A stretch of DNA of 64,000 bases from Macrostomum lignano (taxonomy: Eukaryota): assembly GCA_002269645.1 (NCBI GenBank), contig NIVC01003823.1:90704-154703 (forward strand), given 5' to 3'. The notes beneath the pieces were generated by a model, which saw only the letters and a list, made by a program, of their open reading frames with translations, did no database searches and was not told the DNA's origin. Position numbers and translations under genes: made by a program. How positions within the stretch are numbered: the stretch's first letter is position 1; every line of letters starts with the position of its first letter. Below, piece by piece: positions 16,191 to 45,532 of this stretch.

Positions 16191-17986
16191 TCTAAGAATC
16201 CAAGGGACATAAGGAGAGGCAGAGGCCAGAGTTTGCCTGTTCGCAGCACCCCAGCCAACAATATAAATGTTTGCCTCAAATCCTAATTTTTCACGAATGT
16301 ACTCTATTTTATGTTTAATTCTAACCTAACTATATATTAACGAGTTTTTGTTTGAGTTTGACCTCAGATTTTAGAATACGAGTACATGCAAAAATAGTTC
16401 CAGGGATTGAAATTCCCCGGGTTCAAAATCCGCGGGTTTCAACAGCTTGTATAATATAGTTTTGGTGTCTTAGGCTATAGTTTGAGACTCAAGTCCCACA
16501 TTTGAGTTGCTAGCCATCTAAAAATATGCATTAAATCTAGGCAGCCTGTCCTTTTAACTTTAGATAAGATACCAAAAACTATATTTTATGTAGTACTATT
16601 TATATAATTATTGCTTATCCAACTGCTAGCCAACTTGGCTAATCTAGGATCTAGCTAGCATGAATTATAGCAAAGACTAAGCCCTGATGGTAAGCTACAA
16701 AAATAGATAAGAAATCAAATATTATATTTTGTTTTTAGGTCTAATTTATAAAACTAACTGAAATCATATTTTTAGTCATAACTAAATCATTTGCCTCATT
16801 GGAAAAGTGACATTTTCATGGATAGCTATTGAATATACTTAAGAAAATATTGGCATGCAACACTATATCTCTCCAATAGCAGTGTTATGCACCATTAATC
16901 AAAATCTTAACTTCCATTAATGACAAAAGCATTAGCATAAAAACCTCTTAACTTATAAACTCTTGATTTTGTGAAGTTAACTGATATAAGTTAATTGATA
17001 ATCATTAAAAAGCATTATTATAGTAAAGTTAACATAGAAATAAACATAAATTTTGCACTTTTTTTCTAAAAACAGACTTAAAATGCACTGTCTTTGCTTT
17101 TACATATTTTTAATGAAACACAAAGATGATCCAAGCAGTTTACAAGCTAAAAAAGTATAACAATAATTGTAAAAACTTGTGTGTATAATATTATTAACTA
17201 TATGCATATGGTAAAAGAAATAACTTACTTATTTGAAACTAAAAGCTAATTAGTTAATAAAGTATAAATAAGAAAGTTGTTTCAATAGCATTAGCAGAAA
17301 GTTAACAAAGAAATAAGTTAGGCAGTTAGGTAAATTTGAATATATTTATATTATAATTATAATCTTATCAGGCATATATTTTTGTTCTTTTTTTGTATCT
17401 TTGGTTATTGATATTGTCATTAATGTTAACAATGAATTTGTTGTTAATGTACAAAAATATTAACACAAATTTGTTAAACTATTAGTGCAAAAAATCTTAA
17501 TAGCAGCCTATTAACATTAATAAAAATCTAAACAGTTATAATGCTTATTAATGGATTAACATTTATTAATATACTGGTACCCAACATTGTCCAATAGAGC
17601 ATAATCTGTTAGAGGGGCTAAGAGATAGCACACTAGAAGGGTAGTGCATTAAAGGGGCATTGCATGCTTGTAGGATATCACAAAAATGATAGTAGGCCTA
17701 TATTCAAAGATAATATGCTAAAATCTGTCTTAATAACAATCTGATAACAAAATGAATAATTAAGTAAAGATAAAATAGATATATTTGTTAAGGAAATGCA
17801 ACAAATATTTAATGCATTAACTTACTGCCATATTGATATTGGTATAAGTCCTACCTTAGATTTTCTATTGTTGAGAGACCTGTTGAGATACATATTGGGA
17901 GACCAAGGGGGATATATACTAATCAAGAAATAAATACTAATAGACTAAGAAGATCTACACTGATTGATTGCCATTATACTTTATTC

Positions 17987-20900
17987 TAGGGGTAGGACGT
18001 GATCACGATCGTGATCACGATATCGTGAATTCACGACCTTTTTCAGTGTCGTGAATTCACGAGTCGTGAAACATTTTTCACGTGCGTGATCGTGATTGTG
18101 GGTTTCTTTCAGCTTCAGATGTTACTATGTTTATACTTTTCAGTTCCCCAAACCACAATCGTGTACAGTCCTAAATGTAGACTTACTTGGTTTTTGTTTT
18201 TCTTTTCAAATACAACGAATGTGTTTTAACACAAAACTTACAGAATAGAGTTTTCAGTTTACTTTACTTAGTTCAGAAAGTTCGAAGTTAAAGTGGATTT
18301 TCGAAGTTCAAAGCTTACTGCCTTATTCTTTTCAATCTTTTGTTTATTTTGTAAAATGTAAAATTAAAACTGAAAAGCACTGAATGAAAATATAAATTGT
18401 ATATATGTATGACTGTATATAAATTTCACTACATGATAGTACATGACATGTACAGACAAGTGTTTGTTAACTTGCTTAGCTGCCTACAGAACTGAAAACA
18501 GTGAAAAGTGAAAAACAGAAAAGCTTATCAGTGTATGAATATGAAGTATAAAAGAGTACATGTAGGTTTACTACTTTACTTTTACGTTCTACACATATAG
18601 TGTTATTACAATGACTAATTTAAGTCTAATCTATACTATACTAGCTACATGCAAAAAATCATACTACAGAGTCTACAGACTACAGAGTACACAGCTACAC
18701 ACTATAGCAACAGTTATCTATTCCTTATCGATAAACTTTTTCTTGTAGCTCCAACTCTACTTGTTCTATAGTCTTTGATTATTTATTTTCTCTATCATTA
18801 TCTTGTCTCTCTGATCTCAATCTTCAAAAAAGTAAAACTAATCACTAATCAGCAATAACAGCAATGAATTGAATGGACCCTGCTCATTTCTCTATGGGTC
18901 AAACTTCCGAACATTATAGTTAATAAAAACAAGCTTTTCAACGGTTTCGCCAAGCAGGCGACGTCGTTTCGGCTCGTAGATGTTTCCAACGTTGCTGAAG
19001 ATACGCTCACTTGGAACACTGGTAGGTGGTGGTCCCAGAAATTTCCGAACAAGTGCTGACATTGCAGTTGATGGAGTCTTGTCTCTCCAGAACTTCATTG
19101 GGTCTTCCTCAAATGGAAGTCGAGGCTCTGATAGGTAGGCTGCCATTTCACGAGCCAACTTGTCCATAGCATTGCCTCTGTTTGAAACTGGCAGTAGCGT
19201 TCCGGCCCTAGACAGGTCACGCAGAGTTGCAGCTGCAGCACTAGAAGTAGAAGACTTCTCGAACAGGGCTGACATAGATAGCTGCTGAGGCTGAGACTCA
19301 GTTTGTCTAAAAAGGTGAAATTAAAAGTTAAAAGTTAAAACAAAGAGAACTTTGATATATTAGTTATAAAATTTATAACTTACAGATGTAGCAAATGTAA
19401 TTTATAATTTAATTTTTTTGTTACATGTACATGTACATTGAATTATGAAATAGAGGAAATACTCACGGCTCAGTTTCGATAGATACATCGGAGAGGTCCT
19501 CGTCTATGGCTGTATCGCCATCAACAGTAGGAAGAGAAGTTTCACGCAAAATTTCATTCATTGCTTTTACGAGCTCAGCCTTAGCAAAGTTGCGCTGCTC
19601 TTCATCGAAAAAATCTAGCCGGAAGCGTGGGTCTAACATCGTAGCAACAATGTGGTGGTGACTCTTTTTTTCGTCAGAGAAGCGTTGAGTCAACCCTTTC
19701 ACCAGGTCGTCTCGAAGGTACGTGATGCCAAAGCAGTCTACCTGCTGCAGATGCTCCAGCGACACTTTCACCATCGGCAAGATACACGAGATGCTGGCAG
19801 TTTCCCTGCTGACTTCTAGCGTAAAAACCTCAAAAATCTCAAGAAGTTTGACAGCTTTCTTTGAAACATCTGACTCATTGTCCGTCAGGATTTCAATTGG
19901 TCGGTGTCTGGTGCGATAGACACTAAACGCTTCCTCTTGCTCGTTGATTCGGCGTAACATGGCTAGTGTTGAATTCCAGCGTGTGTCTACATCTTGCACG
20001 AGGCTGTGTGTTGGTAGCTTCAGCTGGAGCTGCAGTGTTTTGAGGTTTGCTTGAGCGGTTACAGAGTGGTGGAAGTGGCCAACAATGCTCCGTGCTTTGT
20101 CAAGTATTGTCTTCAGTCCTCGATGACCGGAGATGGAATCCTTAACAACAAGGTTCAGCTTGTGGGCAGCACAATGGGCAGATGGTACTTTCAGAAGTTC
20201 TCCTGCAAGCTTCATGTTGCTGGCCCCATCACGCAGGAGGAGGCTGACTTGCTCTAAGCCAATGCCCCACTCACCAAGGGTTGTCGAAAAAACGGCCGAG
20301 ATGTTAAGCCCAGTATGGGCATCAGTGAATGGCTTTACGCACAGTAAAAGCTGCTTACGCTCAAAATCTGGCGTGATAGAATGGATTGTGAAGGACATGA
20401 GTGCCAACTGGCCGTCACTCCACAAGTCACACGTGAAACCGAAATCTCGCAGTCTGTCTATTTCGTCCTGGACCTGCAATTTAATTTCTTCATAGAGAGT
20501 CTCTAGCTTGTCATGATAAAATCGAGTGCTCTTCAATCGATATTGCGGACATGCTTCTTTCAACAGATCGCGAAAGCCTTCACCTTCTACCACAGAGAAT
20601 GGCTGTGAATCCAACACAATAAAGCGGAGAATTTTTCGATCAATTGCAACCGAACGAGGGTGCGAATCCGACCATTCTTGAGCATTTGCTTGAGCAAACA
20701 TTGTGCTCAACTTCTGCTGCTTCAATGGTTGTGGTCCATCTTTACATTTTGGCTTTGCACGATCTGCCTCAGTGTTTAGGAGCTCTTTGAATTGAATTGG
20801 ATGGCAGGATTCTATGTGTCTTCGCATGCTGCCTGTTGATCCTGTGTTTCGTAGAACCTCCTTCTTACAAGCTAGGCAAGCAGCAGAATTCTCTTTTCCT

Positions 20901-22200
20901 TCAACGTCTTTAAAGTACAACCACACAGCACTGCCTCTTCCTCGAGGTTGCTGGGTTGGCTTATCAACAGAGGCCATTGCAAATGAATGGCTGAAATTGT
21001 TTGATTTGTAAATTGTAAATTGTAATGTAATATTGTGTAATTGCCTATTTTAATTTGCTAGGTAGAAAAGCAAAGAAAAAACAAGTATTATATTATTTTA
21101 AATTAAAATATTTATTTATATTTTAAATAAAATATTGCATAGTATAGCAGTATAGTGTAAATGTAAAGTCACTACAGACTTTAAAGTCAAATAGGCTAGA
21201 AAAAAATATTTTTAGACTAACCATATAGATTAGAAATATACTACTATGCATCAGGCAATCAGGCATACATATTCAATATACCAGTGTACCACATGATAGT
21301 ACTAGTACATAATAGTTAATACTATATTGAATATTGAATATTATTCATTATTCAATTCAATTCAAGAAGAAAAAGTATTTAATATTTGTGTTTGACTATT
21401 ATTATTACTATTAACAAATGACAATAACAATAGCAAATAACAATTTAATTTAGCATATCCATCAAGTATATTTGCTACTTAGTACTTAGACTTAGTCAAC
21501 CTTAATTTTTAATTTACAGCAATTTATTTTAGTAAAAAAATACTATGCTTATATATTAAAAATTATTAGTTATAAATTATAATTACTAAATAACTATTAG
21601 ACAATCAGATTATAAAATTATGCTCTAGTATCTACTATCTATCTGTATAGTATCTAATCTATTTATACATTATTATAGCATAAAAATAATAAGAAGAAAG
21701 AAAAACTCAAATATGCAAATTCATGATCAAAATGAAATGAAATTTTTGTTTTAACTATTTATTTAATACTAAATTCTAAAATAGTAATAGTAGCAAATAC
21801 TACTTTTAAATTAAAAATTTAAAAATAAAAATACTAAATAGTTACAGCTTTCAGCTTAGTTTGAGCTTTGAGAAAGCCAAAAAGCAACACAAATGTCTAA
21901 GAAGTAAGAACTTCTTACTTCTCAGCCAGACTCTGAGTTCCTTCTCAACCAGAGAAGAAAGCCAGATGGGCAGATGCAGATGGTATAAGCTGATGGTATA
22001 GAAGCACTTAAAAATAGAATCAAACACATTAACTGATAGAAAAATTCAAATTTGAAGAAAAAAAAACAAAATTTGAACGGAAATTTTTTACTTTTAATTT
22101 TTCACGAACCAATCACGATCACGATCACGATCACGGCAAAGCTGAAATTATTCACGACTACTCACGCCCGACCCAAAAATTTTTGCTCGTCCGACCTCTA
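17987..22200 (-). mobile_element. Autonomous-looking hAT DNA transposon (4214 bp)
   Basis: 8-bp TSD CTTTATTC (17979-17986, 22201-22208); TIRs TAGGGGTAGGACG / TAGAGGTCGGACG; clustered TCACGA subterminal motifs at both ends. Confidence 0.95.
18892..20977 (-). CDS. hAT transposase, BED finger + DDE + hATC dimerisation domain (641 aa; exons 20977-19467, 19306-18892)
   Basis: SAVWLYF..CLAC..HIESCH BED finger; TCDLWS, RDGASNM, CAAH, DTRWNST, SVPSERIFS motifs; phase-2 GT-AG intron joins the ORFs in frame. Confidence 0.92.
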
Positions 22201-22331
22201 CTTTATTCATAGAACTCTATCTCTCTCTCCTACACAATTGCTCTTTTTCCAATGTATAAGGGCCTACCATTGGCATTCTTTGTAGGATGCTTAGTGCACA
22301 GAGTGTATGATGCTTGGCACATATCTGAGTA

Positions 22332-22503
22332 TACATGCGCAACCTTGGGAATCACTTGGCCATTTCTATTGGCAACACACACATGGAAATCGCTATTGGC
22401 TAAGAGAAGTCACGTGACTACTATTCCGTCCAATAACAACTTACATGTGTGTGTTGCCAATAGAAATGGCCGGGTGAATCCCTAGGTTGCACCTAAGCAT
22501 GTA
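22332..22503. mobile_element. Fold-back MITE (172 bp), hAT-like
   Basis: Near-palindrome with a perfect 28-bp inner IR (GGCCATTTCTATTGGCAACACACACATG); TACATGC termini; 8-bp TSD TCTGAGTA/TCTGAGGA. Confidence 0.8.
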
Positions 22504-23121
22504 TCTGAGGATTTTGAGAATTTATTCCAATGGGTATCATTTGGTTAATATAAATTCAAAGATTACACATGAATATTAATAACTATTTTATTTAATAAGC
22601 TTAAATTAAAATCATAGGCCTATAACTAAGACAAAACTATTATTATTTGCACCAGAAAATTTAGTAAAATGTTTCTAATTCTAACTTATGATAAGCCCTA
22701 TTGTTTATAACTAGGCCTACCTAGGCTTTAGCCTTTAGAGTTAGAAATTAGGCCTGAGAGTAAGCATAATAGGTCAAGTCCTAAGTCTATATATGATGCT
22801 AGCCTATGCTATATGCCCATAAACAATGAATAATGTTTATAAGTTAGACTTATCAACTACAAAAATTATAGGCTTAGGCCATAGGCATAGTGTAGGGCCT
22901 AGCTAGGCTGCTAGGCTAGGCATAGCCTACTGTTTAGCTAAGAAAGCAAAAAATGAAGATTCAAACAAACTACAATTATGCAGTTAAATAGGCCTAGGCC
23001 TAGAAGAACACAGTAACTGTTTTGGAGAGTTAAAAATGAAGGCTAGCATAGGCGGCCTAGGCCTAAGCCTACGCCTACGGCCTACTGAGTACTGTACCAG
23101 GAATACATTCTAAAAATCCAC

Positions 23122-23613
23122 GGCATAATTCTAGTTTACTTTGTTATATTATTCTGCCTTTCGTTAAATTATTTTACCCCGTTTTTCTATCAATTTTAGG
23201 TTCAAGGTCAAGTCAAGTCCTAAACAGGATAATAAACAGAGGCCCAGTACAGCACAGCGCCGAAGGGGTTGTTAGGGTACATGTGGCGCCAGATGTACTC
23301 CTCAAGATGGGCCTCAAAAAGCACGTTGCTCATTCTGTGCATGGCGCGCAGGCGCCTCTTGGCCAGGGCCCATGTCCCCTCGATGCGGTTTGTGTGCACC
23401 CTTGGGTCAGCCGGATCCACAGCGTTAAGCTCGGCAGCATTAACAATTTTATTTGCAGGACAAATAACCGTCAGTGCAGCTGGGCGACCAGCCATAATGG
23501 CTGAAAGGGTTGTGGTAAGAGTACAGATGCAAGAAAATACATTAAAATAATATAACGAAGTAAAGACAAGTAGAATTATGAAATAATATAACGAAGTAAA
23601 CTAGAACTATGCC
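23122..23613 (-). mobile_element. Merlin (IS1016/IS1595-like) transposon deletion derivative with a transposase C-terminal fragment (23220-~23440)
   Basis: ~32-bp TIRs GGCATAATTCTAGTTTACTTTGTTATATTATT; 8-bp TSD AAATCCAC; ORF contains VHTNRIEGTWALAKR..HLEEYIWR. Confidence 0.85.
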
Positions 23614-23819
23614 AAATCCACAATATCATGTCATGTCACATGTGTGTAGATGGGTTAAATGCTTTATGGCTTCGTAGCCTAAGCCTAGGTTAAATATGTT
23701 AAACAGGTACAGGCCTTCTACCACTACGGCACTACCAGCACCAGAGGCAGACTGCCAAAGCACTCACTGCCGCAGGCCCGCAGCCAGCTTAGTTTAGTTT
23801 AGCATTCTTTTAGACTGAC

Positions 23820-23931
23820 GGCTATCCTGTAGTTTCGCACGTTAAATTATTATCCCCACCCCCCACCACCCTTGAATAGAGGGCGAAATAATTCCGTAAA
23901 ATAATTTAACGTGCGAAACTACAGGATAGCC
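23820..23931. mobile_element. 112-bp MITE, probably Merlin-type
   Basis: Perfect 32-bp TIR GGCTATCCTGTAGTTTCGCACGTTAAATTATT; 8-bp TSD AGACTGAC. Confidence 0.9.
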
Positions 23932-24962
23932 AGACTGACTAACTATAGCGTCAATTGCAATTTTATATAGGGCGGCTCTGCAATCAGTCACGCTTCAAGC
24001 CAATTCTATTAGTGCCGCCAGTAGTGTGTATTGTGTAATGATATTTTTGGTCCATAAAAAAGCTGGCGGCAGGCAACGATTATTATTATTCTTCTTTTTT
24101 TTCTAGTTATGATGGCGTCGTCGGCGTCAGTGGATTTTAAATGTTATAACAAGTATAACAAAGACAACAATATTAATACTTACCAAACACTATAAAGTAG
24201 GTATTTAGCTTTTTTTGTCCTCTGAGAAAAAACTTTTAAATAAAAAAAGAAGCTGATTTTTTTAGCGATAGTTGAAATTGTTAAAATCTAAATATATTTT
24301 GTCTATATAAGAAGCCATGAACGCGAGAACGCCTGGGCACTTTACGGACCAAATTCAAAGATAACTGAGACTTCCTGCCTTGATTTTACAACTTCAGTAA
24401 GTTTACTTTCAGATCAATTTTTCTGATACGTTAATATTTGTGTCGTCTAAACGTAATTTGTGTCAGTAAAATAAACCAATTGAGTTGAATTGTCAATACG
24501 GTTTGGTAAAGACTAAACTACGGTAAAATAAGGTGCATAGGACAGCTCCTTTCCCGGACTAATTATTCTCTACACTCGCTAGCAAATGCTTCTTTGAGTA
24601 ATTTTGGTGTTTGGGTTCCTAAAATAAACAAAATTGGACGATTCACACAAAAAATAGTCGTTTCGTACATGTGATGTATCACATTCTGTTTGTTTGAGTT
24701 ACTATAGCTATTCGCTCTATTTTTTGGATGACGCATGCATTTTTGACACCTCTTGATTTGTCGCTGAGTCCTGTTTTTGCAGCGGCATACACAAATAAAA
24801 AATTATATAATGCAAGTAAATGTACGACAAGGTATGATGATCACAGCTAACCGAGAAAATTATTTATACTACGCTTTCATACTTTACTTTGCAACACCAA
24901 AATAATCAATAGCGAACAATAGCAAATCTCATTCATTTAACTTTTACTACTTTTTTTCAGAG

Positions 24963-40453
<15,491 letters not shown>

Positions 40454-42260
40454 ACCATCTGCTTATGGAATATCCTGTCACATAATTTAAACAACTTGAT
40501 AAACTGATTTTAATTTTTAAAGGCAAATATATAGTCGCAGCTATTAGCAGATCAGCCTACTATATAGTAGCAAGTTTACCTTTTTGAAGAAAAGTTTAAT
40601 TAGCTGCCTGAAAAATGGATTTTACTGCACTTTGATTGGCTCGTTGCCTACGGAAGAGCTATACGGTTTCAAAATTAATTTGCTACCTTGACACTCTGCA
40701 ACTATTTTGACCTTTTATGAACTCAAATGCTTTTATTCTTTATTTTTGGAGGCTTACAATCGTACAAGTGTACATAAATTCATCAGCTGTGGAAGAAATA
40801 AATTTTTAATCTGGCTTGTGTTTTACAATTTGCGAAAAAAATGCTGCGAGTCACGAATTATTTTGTTATAGTTTTAATGATAAAGCTTCAATTAAACATT
40901 CCGGTTTACTTTGCTTGCCATCCAATTCTCACAGCCTTACATGTAAGTAAATATGTTTATTTGCTGTTTGGTATGCGGACTTATTTTAACAGCTGGATTG
41001 TTTTATAAATTTTCAGTAGCTTTTTGACAATGCACGCGTCAACTTTGCTGAGACTGAAATGCTATCTTTGGTTGCAACTGTGCACGCATTGTAAAATTAA
41101 TCGCTTTTGGAAGTGCGCTGTTTTTCTCTCGAGCTTTTCTATTTTAGCAAATAGTATACTTTTCTCGCTTCTTTTCGTTGTTGATTAAATAAAGGCTTAC
41201 GAGTACATGTATTTCTTTTTCACTGTAGTTTTCTCACTTGTAAATTTTAATTCCCATGAGTTTGTGTGTTTGAGTACAGTTGTAACCATTAACTCTGGGC
41301 AGCGCAGTTGGAAAGTGGCTCAGCATCCAAGCATGCACGTTGATGGTTACCATGTACATGGAGAAATTTTGATCAGGTTTCTTATACTAAACTTTAGAAA
41401 ATTTTCACAAGATATGCACGCAAAATGTACAATCCAAAGATGCTTTAAGAGTTCTCTTCTTTGCAGAGCAGTACGTCGTTTTGCAGTTGACAGCTAGCCT
41501 GCGCATATCTCGCGGTCATCCGCGGACAAGTGCGTGAAGCCGATGCTTATATTTATAAAGAACGCATAGCGTTGAGCGTGGCAATAAAGAACCAAAAAAG
41601 AAATACGAAGCACTATAATTTTGTTGTTTTGCTATAAAAAGATGTCATCAAAGCTGCATATGTCTCTGCCTTCGGCCGGCGGATGCACAGCTGCAGAAGT
41701 CCAGCGCCCGATAATCCAATTACATAGATGTACTATGTAGATATTTAGGCCTTAAATTTTGATAAATTAAATTTCTTAGCTGCAGCCTAAAGGTGCGATC
41801 CCGATCAATGCAGTATTAAATGCTCAGAGTAATTTTTGTTGCGCACGAATCAAGTTGTTTCAGTAAACTAAAATAATGAACGATGTTTTTCGATCTCATT
41901 CTATTTGATAAAGCAAATTATACGAAACGATTCAGGGTTATTGTATCCAATTACTGTTTTTTGCGCTCCGCAATAAATTGTAAATCAGTACAAAATTTTT
42001 TTATAATTTCGGTGTTATTAAAAGTTTAAACAAATTTTACGCATTAAAATGTTTTCAAATGATTATAGTGAAATTCTTTTATTTTAATATGTAAAATTTT
42101 ATGTTTTTATCATCAATTATTTAATATCAATTTATTCTGAATAAATATCTAGTGCCCACTATTCCTCAGTGAATTTGACGCAAAGGAATTCTGTTTTTTA
42201 TTGACGATTTTAGGATTTTTATCAAATATTTTCTGATGCTGTAGGACTTGGTTTTCAGTT

Positions 42261-45090
42261 ATGGCTTTGCATGAAATATTTTCACACCCAGAAGTTAGAG
42301 TTTATAAATCTACGCTAGTTTCCAAGGCTACATTTTTTCTTATATGTTGCGTAATACTAACATTTGTAGCTCCACTTTTGTCGGTGTATCGAGCATATGG
42401 TAAGCGGGTATTTGCAGTTTTTGACTGCATCTCCTGTCTAAAAGTTTTGCTTAGAAAAGCGCTTAGATTGCAGTGCCACATTTTTTTAATGGTTTTAGAC
42501 TCTTTTAAGACAGTAACTGATGGTTCAGTTAAGTGCTGTGAAACAGAAATATAAAATAAAAAATAGATATAATAAAACATGGAAGTTACAATGGTAGTTT
42601 GTTTAATATGTTTGTTATTTGTTTTGCTATTGTTTTCCTTTAAAATTTATATAACAAGCCTATATTTACTTAAGGTTTTTAAGGTTTTCGGTTTAGCACC
42701 ATAGTCTTTGTTCATATTCTCCTTGTCCTTATTGCAAAAATATTTAACAATTAAATTTAAAAAATGTAGTCTATTTAAATTCCTAATAAAATTTGAAAGT
42801 AAAAAATATGTTTATGCTGGGTTCGATTTTTGGCATATATTTTAAAAAAATAACCTAAGGATGGGTTTCTTTACAAATTCTATTCAAACATTTATAGAGA
42901 AAAATAGCAACTAAACCTTCAAAACAGACTTTGTTTGCCAAGTAGTACTTAAATAGATCTAAAAGAATATAGTATATAAATTCAAGTATCAAGTGTCAAC
43001 TATTCGATTCTAATGGAATAAAAAATTGCTTTTGGAATAAAAAATAACAATATATGTAATTCAATATATTTTAGTATACTGTTAAAACAAAGAGTTTTGG
43101 CGTACTAGTTTACATACTGAAAGTTAACTAGAAGATATATTTTCTTAGAAATTATTTGAAAATATGTTACGAGCATAAGCACAAAATCCTAGTACTAATA
43201 TAATTTAATGGAGGGATTCATTTGGTAATTTCTATTGGTTATTTGCTTGAACTTTGATTTTATTAAAAAAAATCTAGGATTCTGGAAGAAGGAAGATTTC
43301 TACACTGAGCAGCCAGTTGTGCGATTCAAATACCAGGCATTGCTCATCCTCAGCACCAGCACCACCCAATGGACATGGAGCACAATGACAAACTTGAACG
43401 CTCTGCAGCAGAAAAATCTACTGGCGGTGCAAATGAAGGTCATGGAGTCCGACTCTAATTTGGATGGAAAATACGAATCATTGTTGGTGCAGATTGAAGC
43501 GCCGCTGGCTTCCAGCGAGAACATTCTAGCAGCCAAGCTCATCCTTCTGTTTGACTACAAACTCTCGGTGAGTGGGCGGCTTGGGAGTCAGTGCCGAAAT
43601 CATGCCCTGAGCTGTGGGGAGCAGGTGCTACTTGAAGTGCACAGTCGATACCAGCTGTTGTGCTGATTTAAAAACAAATTTTTTTCTAGTATTAAAGTAG
43701 ACGGTATATTTTCCTTGTTATTTTTATTTTAAGTATTTTCCTATACTTCTACTGAAAGTAGGGTAGTTAGCAGAAGTTAACAATCTAAATATACTAAATC
43801 TCTAAGGTTTGTATGCTTGAATGAATGTCCATAATATATACTATTTTAGCTGTCTGTAAGTACTGCCTTGTACAGGGACAATGCTAGTTAAATAATTGCA
43901 TTTTTAGATGCATTTAATTTATCAACCGTTTAGTTTTTATGAATCTAGAGCTCGTATTCTGCAGCCAGGGGCGTCGCTACCGGGAAGGACGGGGAGACAT
44001 GTCCCCCCCCCAGTAAGAGCAATGGGGAGACATGACAATGCTTTGTAAAATTCTTGGCTTTGTCCCCCCCCCAACCATAACATCCATGGCGACTCCCCTG
44101 TCTGTAGAAGTTTGGCCTAATGGCCAAAAATACTTCGTATGAAACCAATTGAAATTTTTATTGCTCAATTGCAAGGCTTGGACTTTAACATGAACGCTAC
44201 TGATCTCCCACAGAAACTGTCGGACTTCACAATGCAGAGCATGGCCTACATAGACTACTCATCTAGTCAGTCGGGCGCTTCTCTGTCGGCAACTGGACAG
44301 CTCAGCTTCAAGCAAAAGACGCCGCTAAAATCATCGGGAATAGATGTTCGTTATAATGTGAGTTCGTCAGGGTTTTTATTCGGGCTTTTAAAATTGTAAT
44401 CAATCTGGTTATGTAAGTTTTATCAATTTTTACTATACCTATTTTTTCTGTTGAAAGGACTCGGTCATTCCCAGCACCAGTGTCGTCAGTTCAGACTATC
44501 AGCTATCGAAAATATTTTTGAATTATCAACAACGAAATGGTAAGACTTTTTATTGTTTTTTATGTACGCTGTGCAAAGAGGGGTAGAGAATCTGCAGGAA
44601 GTGATGTACACTGTGCACAGAGGGGTAGAGAATCTGCAGGAAGTGATGTACACTGTGCACAGAGGGGTAGAGAATCAACAGGAGGTGGTGTACACTGTGC
44701 ACAGAGGGGTAGAGAATCTGCATTATTTAAATTATGAAGATGTTAATATACTAGAAAATAAGGACAAAACTATCATAAACACCAACTCGTTCTAAAAAAA
44801 CTGCTCACTCAGTGACCACCATGTTCGACAATGCGCTGTACGTGTGGGAGACGGGCCGGCCAACTGGTGAACCCTTCAGATTGAACGCCACCGTGTATTA
44901 CCCGCCGGCAAGGGTTCTGTACCTGACGGGTTTCTGGCACCTGATCAAATGGGCCTGGGTGCAGTATGTGCCCCTGCTGCTGGTGTTCTTGTTCGTGTTC
45001 GATCGGATCAAAGTGTTCGTCTTCCAGAACCAGATTATTGGCACCCTTGTTCAACGACCGAAGGTGCCGTGCAAGCAGCATGACACTTGA
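42261..45090 (+). CDS. TMEM231: Ciliary transition-zone protein TMEM231 (310 aa). Exons 42261-42399, 43278-43567, 44214-44357, 44458-44539, 44813-45090
   Basis: N-terminus MALHEIFSHP..SKATFF..PLL..YG|FWKK..EQPVVRF and C-terminal IKWAWVQY match the family; phases 1,0,0,1 consistent; intact frame. Confidence 0.9.
43966..44100. mobile_element. 135-bp hAT-type MITE
   Basis: TIR CAGGGGCGTCGC / CAGGGGAGTCGC; degenerate 8-bp TSD TCTGCAGC/TCTGTAGA. Confidence 0.7.
44568..44722. repeat. 42-bp tandem repeat x~3.5
   Basis: GTGCACAGAGGGGTAGAGAATC recurs every 42 bp. Confidence 0.9.
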
Positions 45091-45532
45091 AGAGAGGCCA
45101 CGCAAATTTGTAACAAAAAATGATTTTTTACAACCTACAAATCAGGCTAACAGTATTGAGATGGTGCGTCGTCTTCTATCGCGTTGTCTAATAAAACTGA
45201 TTGATTCAAGACTATAGCTTTAAATATGAATTTATATAATCTAATCTATGCCCTGCAAATCATTGATTAATTATAAATAAATGCTACACACATTAAAATA
45301 TGACACTGATATTTTTCTTTCGGGCTGGCCCGACAAAGCTTTTACTTGTAAATTAGACGTCTTTGCTTTCAGCACAATGGGATATTAATAATCTTCAATG
45401 CTGATGTAAAAAATTAATCATTCATAGCAGTTGCTGTGGGACCTCCTAGAAGAAAAAATGTTGCCTAAATACTGAACTTCTTACATTAGACTAGCTGGTG
45501 CACTGTCTCAGGTGTATATGATTGCTTTCGAT

